A DNA stretch of 64,000 nt from Alphaproteobacteria bacterium (GCA_964291285.2 OZ219786.1:736001-800000); one strand, 5' to 3'; positions 21,934 to 32,769 are shown, numbered from the stretch's first letter. Notes: generated by a model from the letters alone, not told the origin. Translations and numbers: made by a program.

Positions 21934-23629
21934 CCTAAATCCGGCATTTGAGGATGGCGTGGCCTTGCCGAATCCCTTGTAGTCTGCGGATATGAGCGGC
22001 TTTTCAGGGGCCGAAGAGGCTCACCCTGTGGGTGATTATCCTGGCGCTGTGCGGGATGTCGCCCGAGCGTTCGTGAAGGTGGACACCTTCGGCGGCGCGG
22101 TTCATGTGGAATGGGACCCTGATGCGGCGGTGACGCCGCTGGGCCATCTGGCGTTTTTCGCGGAATAGCTGAAGGTGAGCGGTCGCTTTGACGCTTTGGT
22201 TGCGGACTGCCCGCTGCGGTACACGAGCCCGAACGCGCCGTCGAAGCGGGATGTCCTGGGGACGGTTCTTCTGTCGGTTCTGGCGGGGCAGTCCCGCTAT
22301 GCGCACATCACGTCGCTGCGCGGCGACGGGGTGAACCCTGCGCTGCTGGGTATGGACAAGGTTGCGAGCGAGGATTCGGTGCGGCGCGGTCTGGAGCGGC
22401 TCGGTGCGGATGAAGGCACATCGTGGCTTCAGGGCCATCTGGACGAGGTGGTCCGTCCGCTGCTGAGGGAGCCGTGGGTTCTGGACTGCGACACGACGAT
22501 CAAGGCGCTTTACGGTCGTCAGGAGGGAGCGGTTGTGAGCTACAACCCGAAGAAGCCGGGCCGCCCCTCGCATGCCTGCCATGCGTTCCTGATGGCGGGC
22601 ACGCGGCTTGTTCTTGATGTCGAGGTGGCGCCGGGCAACCATCACCATTCGAGGCGCGCGGCGCCGTCCTTGTGGGCGTTGCTCGACCGTCTTGGGCGGG
22701 ATCGCTGGCCGCGTCTGGTGCGGGGCGACAAGGACTGGGGCAGCGAGGCCAACATGGCGTCGTGCGAGGCTGCGGGTCCGGACTATCTGTTCAAGCTGCG
22801 CCTGACGAAGGGGGCGCGCCGGCTTGCCGAGCGGCTGATGGCGCGGGACGGCTGGGAGGATGCGGGCCAGGGCTGGTCGGGGATCGGGGCCGATCTGCGT
22901 CTGCAGGGCTGGAGCCGGACGCGCCGGGTTGTGGTGCTGCGCCGGCGGCTTCCTGCGACGCTGGCGTTGACGCGTGGCGACAAGGCCCGGGGCGAGCTGT
23001 TCCGGACCGGGGCGCAGCCCGGCACCGGGGTATGGGAGTTCGCGGTGCTGGCGACCTCGCTGGACCTGGAGATACGCTCGCTGGCCCGGCTCTACCGCGA
23101 CCGGGCGGACGCGGAGAACGGCTTCGACGAGTTGAAGAACCAGTGGGGTTGGGGCGGCTTCACCACGCGCGACCTGACGCGCTGCCGGCACATGGCCCGG
23201 CTGGTCGCGCTCATCTACAACTGGTGGAGCCTGTTCGTGCGCCTCGCCGACCCCGACCATCACCGCGAGGCGATCACCAGCCGGCCGCTGCTCCTGCACG
23301 GCGTCGCCCGCCAGACCCACCACGCCGGCCAGACCCGGCTGACGGTGACCTCCCATCACGGGCGTCGCAAGACGGTGATGGCGGCGCTGCGCCGGATCGC
23401 CGGCTTCTTCCGGTCGCTGACGCAAACTGCGGAGCAGTTGAGCGCCGGGGATCGCTGGCGCCGCATCCTCGCCGAGGCGCTCAGGAAATACCTCCATGGC
23501 CGCGAACCGGGGCGTCAACCCTGGCTGCCGCCACCCAGGGCCGCGACCGCGTGCTGAAATCCACGCCCAAATCCGGCCGTTCACACTACCCCGAGACAGC
23601 GATCAAGCCCGTCAAATGCCGGATTTAGG
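21934..23629 (+). mobile_element. IS1380-family element, copy 1 (1696 bp)
   Basis: Terminal IR CCTAAATCCGGCATTTGA / TCAAATGCCGGATTTAGG; near-identical to copies 2 and 3. Confidence 0.88.
21992..23557 (+). pseudogene. IS1380-family DDE transposase with TAG at codon 59 (22166-22168)
   Basis: LDCDTT, YGRQEG, RGDKDWG, YRDRADAEN motifs. Copy 3 has TAC (Tyr) at this codon. Confidence 0.85.
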
Positions 23630-23637
23630 GTGAAGGA

Positions 23638-24065
23638 TCATCCTGCAATGAGTAGTTGATATGGGATGGGTTGTGTTCTGACGGCGCTGTGAATGAAGCG
23701 TGGGATCATGGAGTTGAGTTGGTATCGTCGGTTGTATCGCCAGGCAAAGCTGGCGAGGTAGCGTTCGGCATGGTCGGGACCGAGCTTTCGGTAGGTTCCG
23801 GCGATGGCGCTCTTGATGTTGCCGAGGGTCGTGTTGACCCATTTGAAGGGGGCCATGCGGGCGGCCCGGCGGCCTGAGCCGGTGCGGATGGCGCTGTGGC
23901 TTGCGGCGATGCCGTCGAGGGCGTTCCAGCAGTGCAGGGCATCGGTGACGACCTCCGTCCCCGGGGCCAGCCAGCGTTTGGCGCCGCGCGCGATCTCGCG
24001 CTTGCGGAAGCCCTTGACCGGGGCGAGCTTGACCTTGCGCGGAGCCCCTTCGGCGCTGGTCGAGA
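23638..24065 (-). pseudogene. IS1595-family transposase C-terminal remnant
   Basis: VVTDALHCW, FKWVNTTLGNIKSAIAGTY, RYLASFAWRYNRRY; N-terminus missing. Confidence 0.8.
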
Positions 24066-24079
24066 CCGCGCCTCCCTCC

Positions 24080-24200
24080 CCGCCGCTCGCGCCGCTCACC
24101 ATGCTTGCGGACGCCAATGCTTCGGGCAAGAACAACCTGGTGAAGGCGCTACGATTGTTGTCGTGGATCGCCCAAGGGCACAGACTCACCGCGATCCGCC
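24080..24200 (+). pseudogene. AAA ATPase N-terminal remnant
   Basis: PLTMLADANASGKNNLVKALRLLSWIA resembles a degenerate Walker A region (GxNxSGKSN). Confidence 0.5.
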
Positions 24201-25215
24201 ACGCTCTGCAGGATGCCAATTATCCCATTCGCGGAATGTGACCGTCGTTTGCCGTGAAAATGGTTGGGGATCGGGCGCACAAAGACCCCTCCCCGCCAAA
24301 GCACTGCTCCCGAGGCGTCCGATACTCGCCATCTGCGGCGCCCGTCTTGCGGATCGTGACCGGTAGGCAGCCCCGTACAACCCCGAAGTCCCGCCCGCGC
24401 GGCCGGCACCTGTTTTCATGATACGGAGTGGCCGACCCGCCCGGCAATGGACGTTTGGGGGCGTCCGGCGTCCATGAGCGGCGGAGAAGAAGGGCGGTGC
24501 CAGCGCGCGGTGATGGCGCCGCCGGCGGGAAATGGGCGCGCATTTGTCGATGCGCCGCTGGCGGCGGCGGCGGGCCTGGAGTGGGGAAGACGCGGCAGCG
24601 GACGCTCCATTGCGTTCCATTGCACGCCGGTGGAGAAAGCCGCGCCTGCCGGTCGTCGATGGGCGCCGCGGGCCCGGTTTGCGGGGGCCCGTCGGCGGCT
24701 GACTGTGGCATGGATGCAACATGTCGGTGAAATCGGCGTGGGGGTTGGTCCGGGAGCTTGTGCGGTGTCGTGCGCCGGGTTAGGTTTTGGGCAATCTCAG
24801 CGGCGAGTATACCCGGACGTGACTTCAGCGGCTCGAACACAGTGTAGAATACGCCTCGCGCCTCTTCATGTCTTTCATATGCGGGCTTTTGGCGCCGGTC
24901 AGCCGGTTCGCCATCGGGAGAGCGGCTCCCGCCTGATTGTTGTCTTTCCCGCCCGTGCGTCCTCTGCGGAGGAGCGCCGGGCGCGTGCAGATGGACAGGT
25001 TGCCGGGCAGCGCGCGGGAGCGCGCCCGCCGCGCTTGCGGCATGACCGCCTTGCGGGCGGCCCGGCTTTCCCCGTCACGCTTCCTGCCGCGGCCTTTCCG
25101 GGGCCGCGGCTTCACCTCCCGTCCCCGGTGACCTGCCGCCCCGTCGTGCGCCTTCTCCGGCGTGCGGCGGTCGACGGGCGCTGCGGACGGGCTTTCACCT
25201 GAAGGAGACGAGACG

Positions 25216-26397
25216 ATGACGACAAGACATGGCCCGGCATGGCCGGGGGACGGCAGGCTGCATGGCGGATGCCGAGCGCGGGGTTTCACGGGCAAGGTTC
25301 TTCTTGCGGCCTCGGGTCTTGCGCTTGCGGCGGGTCCTGCGTCTGCGGCGGAGATGCTGAGCGTGGGCGTCGGCGGCTACATGCAGCAGTGGTTCGGGAT
25401 GGTCGATGTGGACGACGAGGCGGACGCGATGAAAGAGGGCGGCGTTGCCCAGCAGTCGGACAGCGAGATCTTCTTCAAGGGCAAGCTGGACGCCGACAAC
25501 GGCATGACCTTCTCGGTGAAGGTGGAGCTCGAGGGCAACAGTCAGTCGGGTTCGATGATCGACGAGTCGCAGGTGACGGTTGGCGGCGAGTTCGGTCAGA
25601 TCACGCTGGGAGCCGAGGACAGCGCGGTGGTTCTCACCCACATGGGCGTGCGGGATGCCGGTTTCGGCATGCTCTGCGGCGACATGGGCAGATGGATCAA
25701 CGGCATCAACGAGTGCGGGCCCTCCGGCCTGGGGACCGCGGGCCACGGCCTCGGCGACAGGAACCTGGTGAGCTACTTCACGCCGCGGGTGAACGGCGCG
25801 CAGATGGCCGTGAGCTACATCCCGAACACCGGGCAGGAAGGCCGTGGCGGCAATGTGAAGAACAACGACATGGACGCCTGGTCGGTCGCCGGCAACTACA
25901 AGGGCGATTTCGGCAACATGAACCTGGCGTTCTCTGCGGGCCACTACCAGAAGAGCCAGATGGACGACGACGACTACACCTTCACGAATGCCGGCCTGCA
26001 GGTGGGCATGGGGGCGTTCAGCTTCGATGTCGCCTATGCCACGGCGGACGACGGGATGAAGACGGACTCCTCGGATGATGTCGAGGTCGTGGCCGCCGGT
26101 GTGATGTATTCGGAGGGCGCGCTGGCGGTGAGCCTGAGCGGCACGATGACCGAGGCCGACGACGGCACGGAGCAGTCGGGGGGCCTGTTTTCGGCGAGCT
26201 ACATGCTGGCGCCGGGCATTGCCTGGAGAAGCTCGCTGTTCATGGCCGAGAGGGACCGCGGCACGATGCCCGGCAAGCACGATTTCGGCGTGCCGTCGGC
26301 GCAAAGAGGCAAGCCTGCGCCCAGCACCGGCAGCAATGCCGCCGGCAGCAACGTCGAGGGCGCCGGGTTCGTGACCGGCATCACGCTGAGCTTCTGA
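25216..26397 (+). CDS. Outer-membrane porin (alphaproteobacterial Porin_4-like)
   Basis: Signal peptide, SVGVGGYMQQW, DNGMTFSVKVELEG, IDESQV..GEFGQITLG, SYFTPRVNG, C-terminal F; AAGGAG RBS. Confidence 0.85.
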   Translation: MTTRHGPAWPGDGRLHGGCRARGFTGKVLLAASGLALAAGPASAAEMLSVGVGGYMQQWFGMVDVDDEADAMKEGGVAQQSDSEIFFKGKLDADNGMTFSVKVELEGNSQSGSMIDESQVTVGGEFGQITLGAEDSAVVLTHMGVRDAGFGMLCGDMGRWINGINECGPSGLGTAGHGLGDRNLVSYFTPRVNGAQMAVSYIPNTGQEGRGGNVKNNDMDAWSVAGNYKGDFGNMNLAFSAGHYQKSQMDDDDYTFTNAGLQVGMGAFSFDVAYATADDGMKTDSSDDVEVVAAGVMYSEGALAVSLSGTMTEADDGTEQSGGLFSASYMLAPGIAWRSSLFMAERDRGTMPGKHDFGVPSAQRGKPAPSTGSNAAGSNVEGAGFVTGITLSF

Positions 26398-26479
26398 CCT
26401 GCGTTTCGCGCGGCGAAGGAACGGTTCAAACGGTTTGCCCGGTTTGTCCGGGCTTGAGAGAAAGAAGGAGAAGGGTTCG

Positions 26480-28189
26480 ATGAGGACCATGAGACATGTG
26501 GCTCTGGCGGCGATGGCCGCTGCGGGCCTGGCGCTCGCGGGCTGCGGAGGCGGTGGCGGGAAGAAGGCGGCCGCGCCGATGGACGGCGACCAGCAGATGG
26601 AGATGACGGACGTCCAGAAGGCGCAGTCTTACGTCGCCGCCGCCACGGCGGCCAAGAAGGCGGCGGAGGATGCCGTGAAAACGGCCAAGATGCAGCTTGA
26701 CGCGGCCAAGTTGGCGAACGCATATGACATCTACACCACCGGAGGCGACAGTTCGGTGGTCCGGACCAACGCCGCGGCCGTGATGGCCGCGAAGGCGGCG
26801 GCCGACAAGGCGCTGGCGGACGCCAAGGCGGCGCTGACGGCGGCCAGGAAGGCGCTGACGGACCTGAACGCCGTGTCGGGCACGCCCGGCCTCGCGTCGC
26901 AAAAGGAGGTGGTCGGTCAGCGGATCAAGGACGTGGAAGCGCAGATCAAGCTCATCGAGGGGTACCAGACAACGGTCAACGGCTATGCCGCGAAGGTCGA
27001 TACCGAGGCGAAAATCAAGGGCCTCGCCGGCGAAACCCCCGCTAGTGCCGCCGAGAGCGGCAACAACGCGCGGCGGGTCCTTTACATGCTGCAGCCCACC
27101 GGCGAAGGCAATGGCTCTTCTGCTCCCAAGAACGCGTCAATGTACTTGTTCAGGCCAGGACTGACTGCCCTGCCTAAGGGGGATACGAAGGTACCGATGG
27201 AGCGCGTCGCCCCTACCCCCTCGGACGCCAGCACAGACCCTGGCCGCTCCAAGGGCTACATCGAGTATGACCGGCGCGGCCTCCCGGAAGACGCCATGAC
27301 CTGGGAGCAGATCGCCGGAGCGGGGAACCTGATCAAGAAGGCCTTCGGCACCAACATCATGGATGTCGATGTCCTGCCCCTTGCCGGGATGCCCGTTTCC
27401 GCATTAACCGACTCGGATGGAAAGGCCCTGACGGCGCTTCCTGAAATCCCCGCCAACGGCATACTCGCCGACCAGTATTACAAGGGGATCAAGGGGACGT
27501 TGTATTGCCAGGGCAGCTGTAAGGTTGACGGCGACAATCTGATGGGTTCGCTGTTTTTCCAGAAGGTTGGGGGAAATACGCTCTACTACCAGATGAAGGC
27601 GGGCAACTCCTACTACACGCCGTACGGCACCTATGCCCGCTACGGGTACTGGCTGTATGAGAGCGTCAGCACCACCAATATCGTTCTCTTCGCCCACAGC
27701 CCCGCCGGCTCTGCCGGGGATGTCAGCGAGACCGCCGGGCTTGCCGAAACCGCCACCTACGAGGGCAAGGCCCTGGGCCTGTCGGTGCTGAAGACCTACA
27801 CCGGTCCCACTGTCACGGGGCTAAAGTCGGGACGGTTCACGGCGGATGTGACGCTCAACGCCAAGTTCGGGGCGGCGGGGACACCAGCACTGGGAGGAAA
27901 GATCGACAACTTCATGGGGAATGCCGTCGACGAGGACTGGAGCGTTACGCTAACGGAGAAGCAGGATGACGACATCGACTTTCAAGGCTCGAGCAACAGG
28001 GGCGAGGCCCAGGGTTCCGACTCTGTCGGCGGCGTCACGCCTCGAGCCGGCCAGTGGGAGGCTAGGCCCTATGGCGATAGCGACACGAAGCGTCCGGTCG
28101 GCGTGATCGGCACCTTCAACGCCCACTTCTCAAACGGGCACGCTGCCGGCGCCTTCGCAACGAGGATGAAGACGGAGACGACGGAGTAG
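26480..28189 (+). CDS. Surface lipoprotein with C-terminal TbpB-like beta-barrel (putative Slam substrate)
   Basis: Lipobox LAGC followed by a Gly run, Ala/Lys-rich helical stalk, ATYEGKALG...FTADVTLNAKFG...GVIGTFNAHFSNGHAAGAF. Confidence 0.78.
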   Translation: MRTMRHVALAAMAAAGLALAGCGGGGGKKAAAPMDGDQQMEMTDVQKAQSYVAAATAAKKAAEDAVKTAKMQLDAAKLANAYDIYTTGGDSSVVRTNAAAVMAAKAAADKALADAKAALTAARKALTDLNAVSGTPGLASQKEVVGQRIKDVEAQIKLIEGYQTTVNGYAAKVDTEAKIKGLAGETPASAAESGNNARRVLYMLQPTGEGNGSSAPKNASMYLFRPGLTALPKGDTKVPMERVAPTPSDASTDPGRSKGYIEYDRRGLPEDAMTWEQIAGAGNLIKKAFGTNIMDVDVLPLAGMPVSALTDSDGKALTALPEIPANGILADQYYKGIKGTLYCQGSCKVDGDNLMGSLFFQKVGGNTLYYQMKAGNSYYTPYGTYARYGYWLYESVSTTNIVLFAHSPAGSAGDVSETAGLAETATYEGKALGLSVLKTYTGPTVTGLKSGRFTADVTLNAKFGAAGTPALGGKIDNFMGNAVDEDWSVTLTEKQDDDIDFQGSSNRGEAQGSDSVGGVTPRAGQWEARPYGDSDTKRPVGVIGTFNAHFSNGHAAGAFATRMKTETTE

Positions 28190-28212
28190 CCGGCTCCCGG
28201 AGCCTCCGGTTC

Positions 28213-28250
28213 AGGCCCCGGCCGCTTCGCGCGGCCGGGGCCTTCTTTCC
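28213..28250 (+). terminator. Intrinsic terminator after the lipoprotein gene
   Basis: aggccccggccgc-ttcgc-gcggccggggcct followed by tctttcc. Confidence 0.7.
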
Positions 28251-28302
28251 TCCGGCGCCCTCCGGGCGGCCGGAGGTTCCCTTTGCACGGACAGGGGTTT
28301 TC

Positions 28303-29464
28303 ATGCGCATACCCGCTCTCGTCATTGCGGCCGGGCTGTATCTGTTCGCCGCCGCGGCCCACGGCCAGGACGCGACCGGCGAGCGGTTCCGGGCGGGCAT
28401 GGAGGCGCTTGCCGCCGCGCAGGCCGCCGCGGACCGGGACGCCCGCGACGGGAAGCTCGACGAGGCGATTGCGGCGTTCCGGGCCATCCTGGTGGACCGC
28501 CCGGACCTGGTGCGGGTGCGCCTCGAACTCGCGCACGCCTTCTTCCTGAAGGAGGAGGACAGCCTGGCGCGGCGGCATTTCGAACAGGTGCTGGCGGGGA
28601 CGCCGCCGCCGGCGGTGGCCGCCAACATCCGGCGCTTTCTCGACATCATGCGCGCGCGGCGGCGCTGGGAGGCGCATTTCGGCCTGGCGGTGGCGCCCGA
28701 CAGCAACCTCAACGCCGCATCGGGAGAGCGCACGATCTTTCTCGACACGCCGTTAGGGCGCCTGCCCTTCACCCTCGACGGCGACGTGTCGCGCAAGTCG
28801 GGCATCGGCGTCTCGCTGTGGGGCGGCGGCGAATACCAGGTTCCGCTTTCGCCGGCCCTGCGGCTGCGCGCCGGGGCGGACGCCAGCGCGCGGGAATACA
28901 AGGGCGGGGCGTTCGACCGCCATTCGCTCTCGGCCCATATCGGCCCGCGCCGGCTGATCGACGGGAGCACGGAGGCGAGCCTGCTGGCGGTGGTGGACCG
29001 GCAGTGGACCGCCGGGCGGCCCGAGACCGACCGCTTCGGCGTCCGGCTGGAAGGCGCGCACCGCCTGACGCCGCGCCTCGCCCTGTTCGCCCACGCCAGC
29101 GCCACCCGGCGCAACTGCCGCGGCTGCAACCATCTCGACGGCCCGGTAGGCGATGCGATGCTCGGCGCAAGCTGGGCCGCCCTGCCGATCCTGCGCCTCG
29201 GCGGCCATGCCGGATACAACTGGACCCGCGCCAATGCCGGACACTGGCGCAACCGCGGACCCCGGGCCGGCCTCGGCGCGACGCTCGCGCTGCCGGCCGG
29301 CTTCACCCTCGGCCTGCGCGCCTCCCTGCAGCGCGCCGCATACCGGGGACAGGGCTTCGCCCACAATACCATCGACCGCAGGCCGCGCCGGGACGAGACG
29401 CGCAGCCTCTCGCTCTCCGTGCACAACCGCGCCGTCACCGTGCTCGGCTTCAGCCCCCGCCTCT
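28303..29464 (+). pseudogene. Slam/DUF560 surface lipoprotein assembly modulator, N-terminal part (interrupted)
   Basis: TPR-like segment (RVRLELAHAFF..ARRHFEQVL), APDSNLN, beta-barrel strands; broken at ...GFSPRL by the IS66-type element. Confidence 0.85.
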
Positions 29465-29549
29465 GTATCCGTTCGGGTTCCGGGGGATCGTATGCCTCCA
29501 CGGATTTTCTGACTGGTAACTACTTCGCGCATGCGCTACGGTCTCGCGC

Positions 29550-31715
29550 ATGGCGGTTTTCGACGCGGATTTCTGCACCGACCTGACGCTGGCCGAGGGG
29601 GGCGACACCTTGTGGTCGCCTCCCATGGTGATGCCGGCGTGCGAGCCGCTCGACTGGGCGTCTGTGCTTGAAGAGGCAGAGGCGCGGATCGAGGAGGAAC
29701 GGGGTCGCGCACGCGTGGCGGAGTTGCGCCGCGAGGAACTGCGCTGGTCGGAGAGGGACGCCTGTACGCGCGTGCGTTCTCTGGAGAGGCAGCTTGAGAC
29801 TTGCCGGTTCAAGCTCAAGTTGGCCGTAACCAGGACCGCGTCGCGGGCCATGAAGGCGTTGGAGCGCAGGGTCGAGTATCAGGACGACGAGATCGCCGGT
29901 CTTTACCTCTCGTTGCGCCGGTCTCACGAGCACCGGGAGCGGGTCGAGGCGCGCCACCGGGACGAGATCAACTGGTTGAAGCAGGACATCGACCGGGAGC
30001 GCTCGCGGCTCGCGAAGGTACACCGCGAGGGCGAGCGCGTGGCCGAATCTCTGCGCAGGCGGTTCGACCGGCATCTCGCCGCGGCCAGGCGGCTGGTGAA
30101 GGCCGGGGAGGGCACGATCGCGTGGCTGCGCGCGCGCAACGACCGGCTGCGGGCGGCGGTCGTGCGGGCCACGGAGCTGATCGGGTCGCTGCGGGAGAAG
30201 AATGCCGGGCTGCGCGCCGAGGTGCGGGATCTGAAGGGCGAGAATGCCGCGCTGGCCGCGCGGGTCGAGAAGCTGGAAGGCGACCTCGACAAGCTGCGCT
30301 CGACCCGCAGCGTCCTGTCGAAGGCGCTCTACGGCAGCAGGAGCGAGCGGCAGAAGAAGCCGGGCACCGGGCGCGAGCGCGGCCAGCAGCGCGGCACCGC
30401 CGGGCACGGCCGCACCCGGCGCCCCGGGCTCAGGAAGAAGAAGGAGACGCGCGACCCGCCGGAAGATGCGCGGATCTGCCCGCGTTGCGGCAAGCCCTAT
30501 GTCGCCAACGGCGAGCGGCGCACCACCCTCTTCGAGATCGATGTCGAGGCCTGCGAGCGCACCATCGTCCGGTCGCGCTGGCGCCGGGCTTGCGACTGCG
30601 CCTCCGCGCCGCGGGAGGTGACCGCGCCGCCGGCGGTGCGACTGTTCGAGACCACGCCTTACGGGATCAGCGTCTGGACGTGCATGCTCTACGAACGGTT
30701 CGTCTGCTGCCGGCCGCTGCATCGGGTCGCGGCCTGGCTGGCCGACATGGGGCTGACGATCTCGCCGGGCACCCTGGCCGACAGCATCAAGCGCTTCGTG
30801 CCGCTGTTCGAGCCGCTGGCCGAGGCGATCCTTGCGCACCAGAACACCGCGGCCCTGCGCCATGCCGACGAAACATCCTGGCGCGTTCAGGCCTGGCGCG
30901 AGAAAGGCCGGTCGAGCCGCGCCTGGCTGTGGACCTCGGTGAGCCCGGACGCGGTCTATTACCACATCGATCCCTCGCGCAGCGCCGAGGTCGCGATGAA
31001 GCTGTTCGGTTCGACACAGGGCATCGTGGTTCTGGTCTGCGACCGGTTCAGCGCCTACAGAAAGCTGGCCCGCGAACTCGCCGGCAAGGTGATCCTGCAA
31101 TGGTGCTGGGCGCACCAAAGGCGCTCGTTCATCGACGGCGCGGCCGGGCGGGTGCGGCTCAGGCGCTGGTGCCAGAGATGGATCGAGCGGATCGCGGAGA
31201 TCTACCGGCTCAACGAGGCGCGGCTGGAGCATTACGACCCCGCTCACCCTCTCGAACGCCAGACGCCGGCGTTCGACGTCGCGCACGCCAGGCTGAAGAA
31301 GGCGGTCGACGAGCTGTTCGCGGCCGCCGAAGCGGAACTGGCCGGGCTGACGGACAGGGCGCGCAGGGCCAGGCCGCTGCGCTCGCTCCTCAAGCACCGC
31401 GAGGGGCTGTGCGTCTTCGTCGACAAGCCGTTCGTGCCCATGGACAACAACCGCGGCGAACTCTCCCTGCGCTTCGCGGTCATCGGGCGACGGCTCTCGT
31501 TCGGCTCCGACAGCGAGAAAGGCGCCGGGTTCACGGCAACGATGTACTCGGTGGCCGGCACGCTGGCGATCAACGGCATCGACGTCCGGCGCTGGCTCGG
31601 TGAATGGCTGACCGCGTGCGCGGAGAACGGCGGCGAGCCGCCGGAAGACCTCTCGCCCTGGCTGCCGTGGTCGATGAGCGAGGCGCGCCGGCGCGAACTC
31701 GCGGCGGCGGGATGA
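29550..31715 (+). CDS. tnpC: IS66-family transposase TnpC with long N-terminal coiled coil
   Basis: YGSRSE, CPRC...CDC, HADETSW, CDRFSAY, CWAHQRR, MDNNRGE, WLPW. Confidence 0.9.
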   Translation: MAVFDADFCTDLTLAEGGDTLWSPPMVMPACEPLDWASVLEEAEARIEEERGRARVAELRREELRWSERDACTRVRSLERQLETCRFKLKLAVTRTASRAMKALERRVEYQDDEIAGLYLSLRRSHEHRERVEARHRDEINWLKQDIDRERSRLAKVHREGERVAESLRRRFDRHLAAARRLVKAGEGTIAWLRARNDRLRAAVVRATELIGSLREKNAGLRAEVRDLKGENAALAARVEKLEGDLDKLRSTRSVLSKALYGSRSERQKKPGTGRERGQQRGTAGHGRTRRPGLRKKKETRDPPEDARICPRCGKPYVANGERRTTLFEIDVEACERTIVRSRWRRACDCASAPREVTAPPAVRLFETTPYGISVWTCMLYERFVCCRPLHRVAAWLADMGLTISPGTLADSIKRFVPLFEPLAEAILAHQNTAALRHADETSWRVQAWREKGRSSRAWLWTSVSPDAVYYHIDPSRSAEVAMKLFGSTQGIVVLVCDRFSAYRKLARELAGKVILQWCWAHQRRSFIDGAAGRVRLRRWCQRWIERIAEIYRLNEARLEHYDPAHPLERQTPAFDVAHARLKKAVDELFAAAEAELAGLTDRARRARPLRSLLKHREGLCVFVDKPFVPMDNNRGELSLRFAVIGRRLSFGSDSEKGAGFTATMYSVAGTLAINGIDVRRWLGEWLTACAENGGEPPEDLSPWLPWSMSEARRRELAAAG

Positions 31716-32593
31716 CCGGCGCGGTCGAGTGTCGCTATTACGGGCGCGACTTCACCGAAGATGAAATGGCGCTGCTGCGTGCCCTGATCGCCGATCCCGC
31801 CCCGCTCTCCCGCCGCGCCCTGTCGATCGAGTTCTGCCGGCGCATCGGCTGGCTCAAGCCCGACGGCGGACTGAAGGACATGATGGCCCGTGTCGCCATG
31901 CTCGCCATGCACAAGGACGGGCTCATCGAGCTGCCGCCGCCGAGGGGGCGGCAGCACCGGCCCAGGCCGGTCCAGTTCGGACCCGACACCGAACCGCCGC
32001 TGTTCCCGGCGCCCACGACCCTCGACGAGGTCCGCCCGCTCGACTTCCGCACCGTCGTGCACAGCACCCGCGAAGGCAGGCTCTGGAACGAGTTCATCGC
32101 CCGCTACCACTATCTCGGACACAAGACACTGGTCGGCGCCCAGATGCGCTATGCCGTCCACGACCGCAACGGCTGGCCCGTCGCCATGCTCGGCTTCTCC
32201 ACCGCCGCATGGAAGCTCGCCCCGCGCGACCGCTTCATCGGATGGACGCCCGAACTGCGCGAAAAGAACCTTCCTCTCGTCGTCGACAACCCGCGCTTCC
32301 TGATCCTGCCCTGGATCGAGATCCCCAACCTCGGCTCGCACATCCTCGCCATCGTGCGCCGCCGCCTGCCCATCGACTGGACCGGGCGCTACAACATCAC
32401 GCCGGTGCTCATCGAGACCTTCGTCGAAACGCCCCGCTACACCGGTGCCGTATACCGCGCATCGGGCTGGACCCGCGTCGGGACCACCCAGGGCCGGGGA
32501 CGCTACGACAGGCACAACAAACGAGACCAGCCGAAAAAGGACATCTGGCTCCGCACACTGCGAAAAGACTGGCAACGCACCCTCAATCGGTAG
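31712..32593 (+). CDS. DUF4338 (DruA-like) domain protein inside the IS
   Basis: WNEFIARYHYLG, RDRFIGW, VVDNPRFLILPW, ETFVE, GAVYRASGW..VGTTQGRGR. ATGA overlap with tnpC. Confidence 0.82.
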   Translation: MTGAVECRYYGRDFTEDEMALLRALIADPAPLSRRALSIEFCRRIGWLKPDGGLKDMMARVAMLAMHKDGLIELPPPRGRQHRPRPVQFGPDTEPPLFPAPTTLDEVRPLDFRTVVHSTREGRLWNEFIARYHYLGHKTLVGAQMRYAVHDRNGWPVAMLGFSTAAWKLAPRDRFIGWTPELREKNLPLVVDNPRFLILPWIEIPNLGSHILAIVRRRLPIDWTGRYNITPVLIETFVETPRYTGAVYRASGWTRVGTTQGRGRYDRHNKRDQPKKDIWLRTLRKDWQRTLNR

Positions 32594-32672
32594 AAGCACA
32601 ACCGTCGCCCCGGTGTGAAAATGCCGACAAGCGGATAACCCAATCCTCATCCCCCGGAACCCGAACGGATAC

Positions 32673-32769
32673 CCGCCTCTCGCTCATCCGCGAGGAGCGC
32701 GATACCAACGCCCAGGCCCTCGACTACGACCGCAACCGCGCCGAACTCTCCTTCGTGCGACAGTTCTGA
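32673..32769 (+). pseudogene. Slam C-terminal part
   Basis: RLSLIREERDTNAQALDYDRNRAELSFVRQF* ends in the terminal Phe typical of beta-barrels. Confidence 0.82.

Larger units (their letters stand above)
29465..32672 (+). mobile_element. IS66-family element (tnpC plus DUF4338-like gene)
   Basis: Perfect 24-bp IR GTATCCGTTCGGGTTCCGGGGGAT; 8-bp TSD CCGCCTCT at 29457-29464 and 32673-32680. Confidence 0.9.

Noticed and set aside
22166-22168. Pyrrolysine read-through of the transposase TAG
   Set aside because: The intact copy has Tyr (TAC), a one-base change, and no pyl genes are present in the window.
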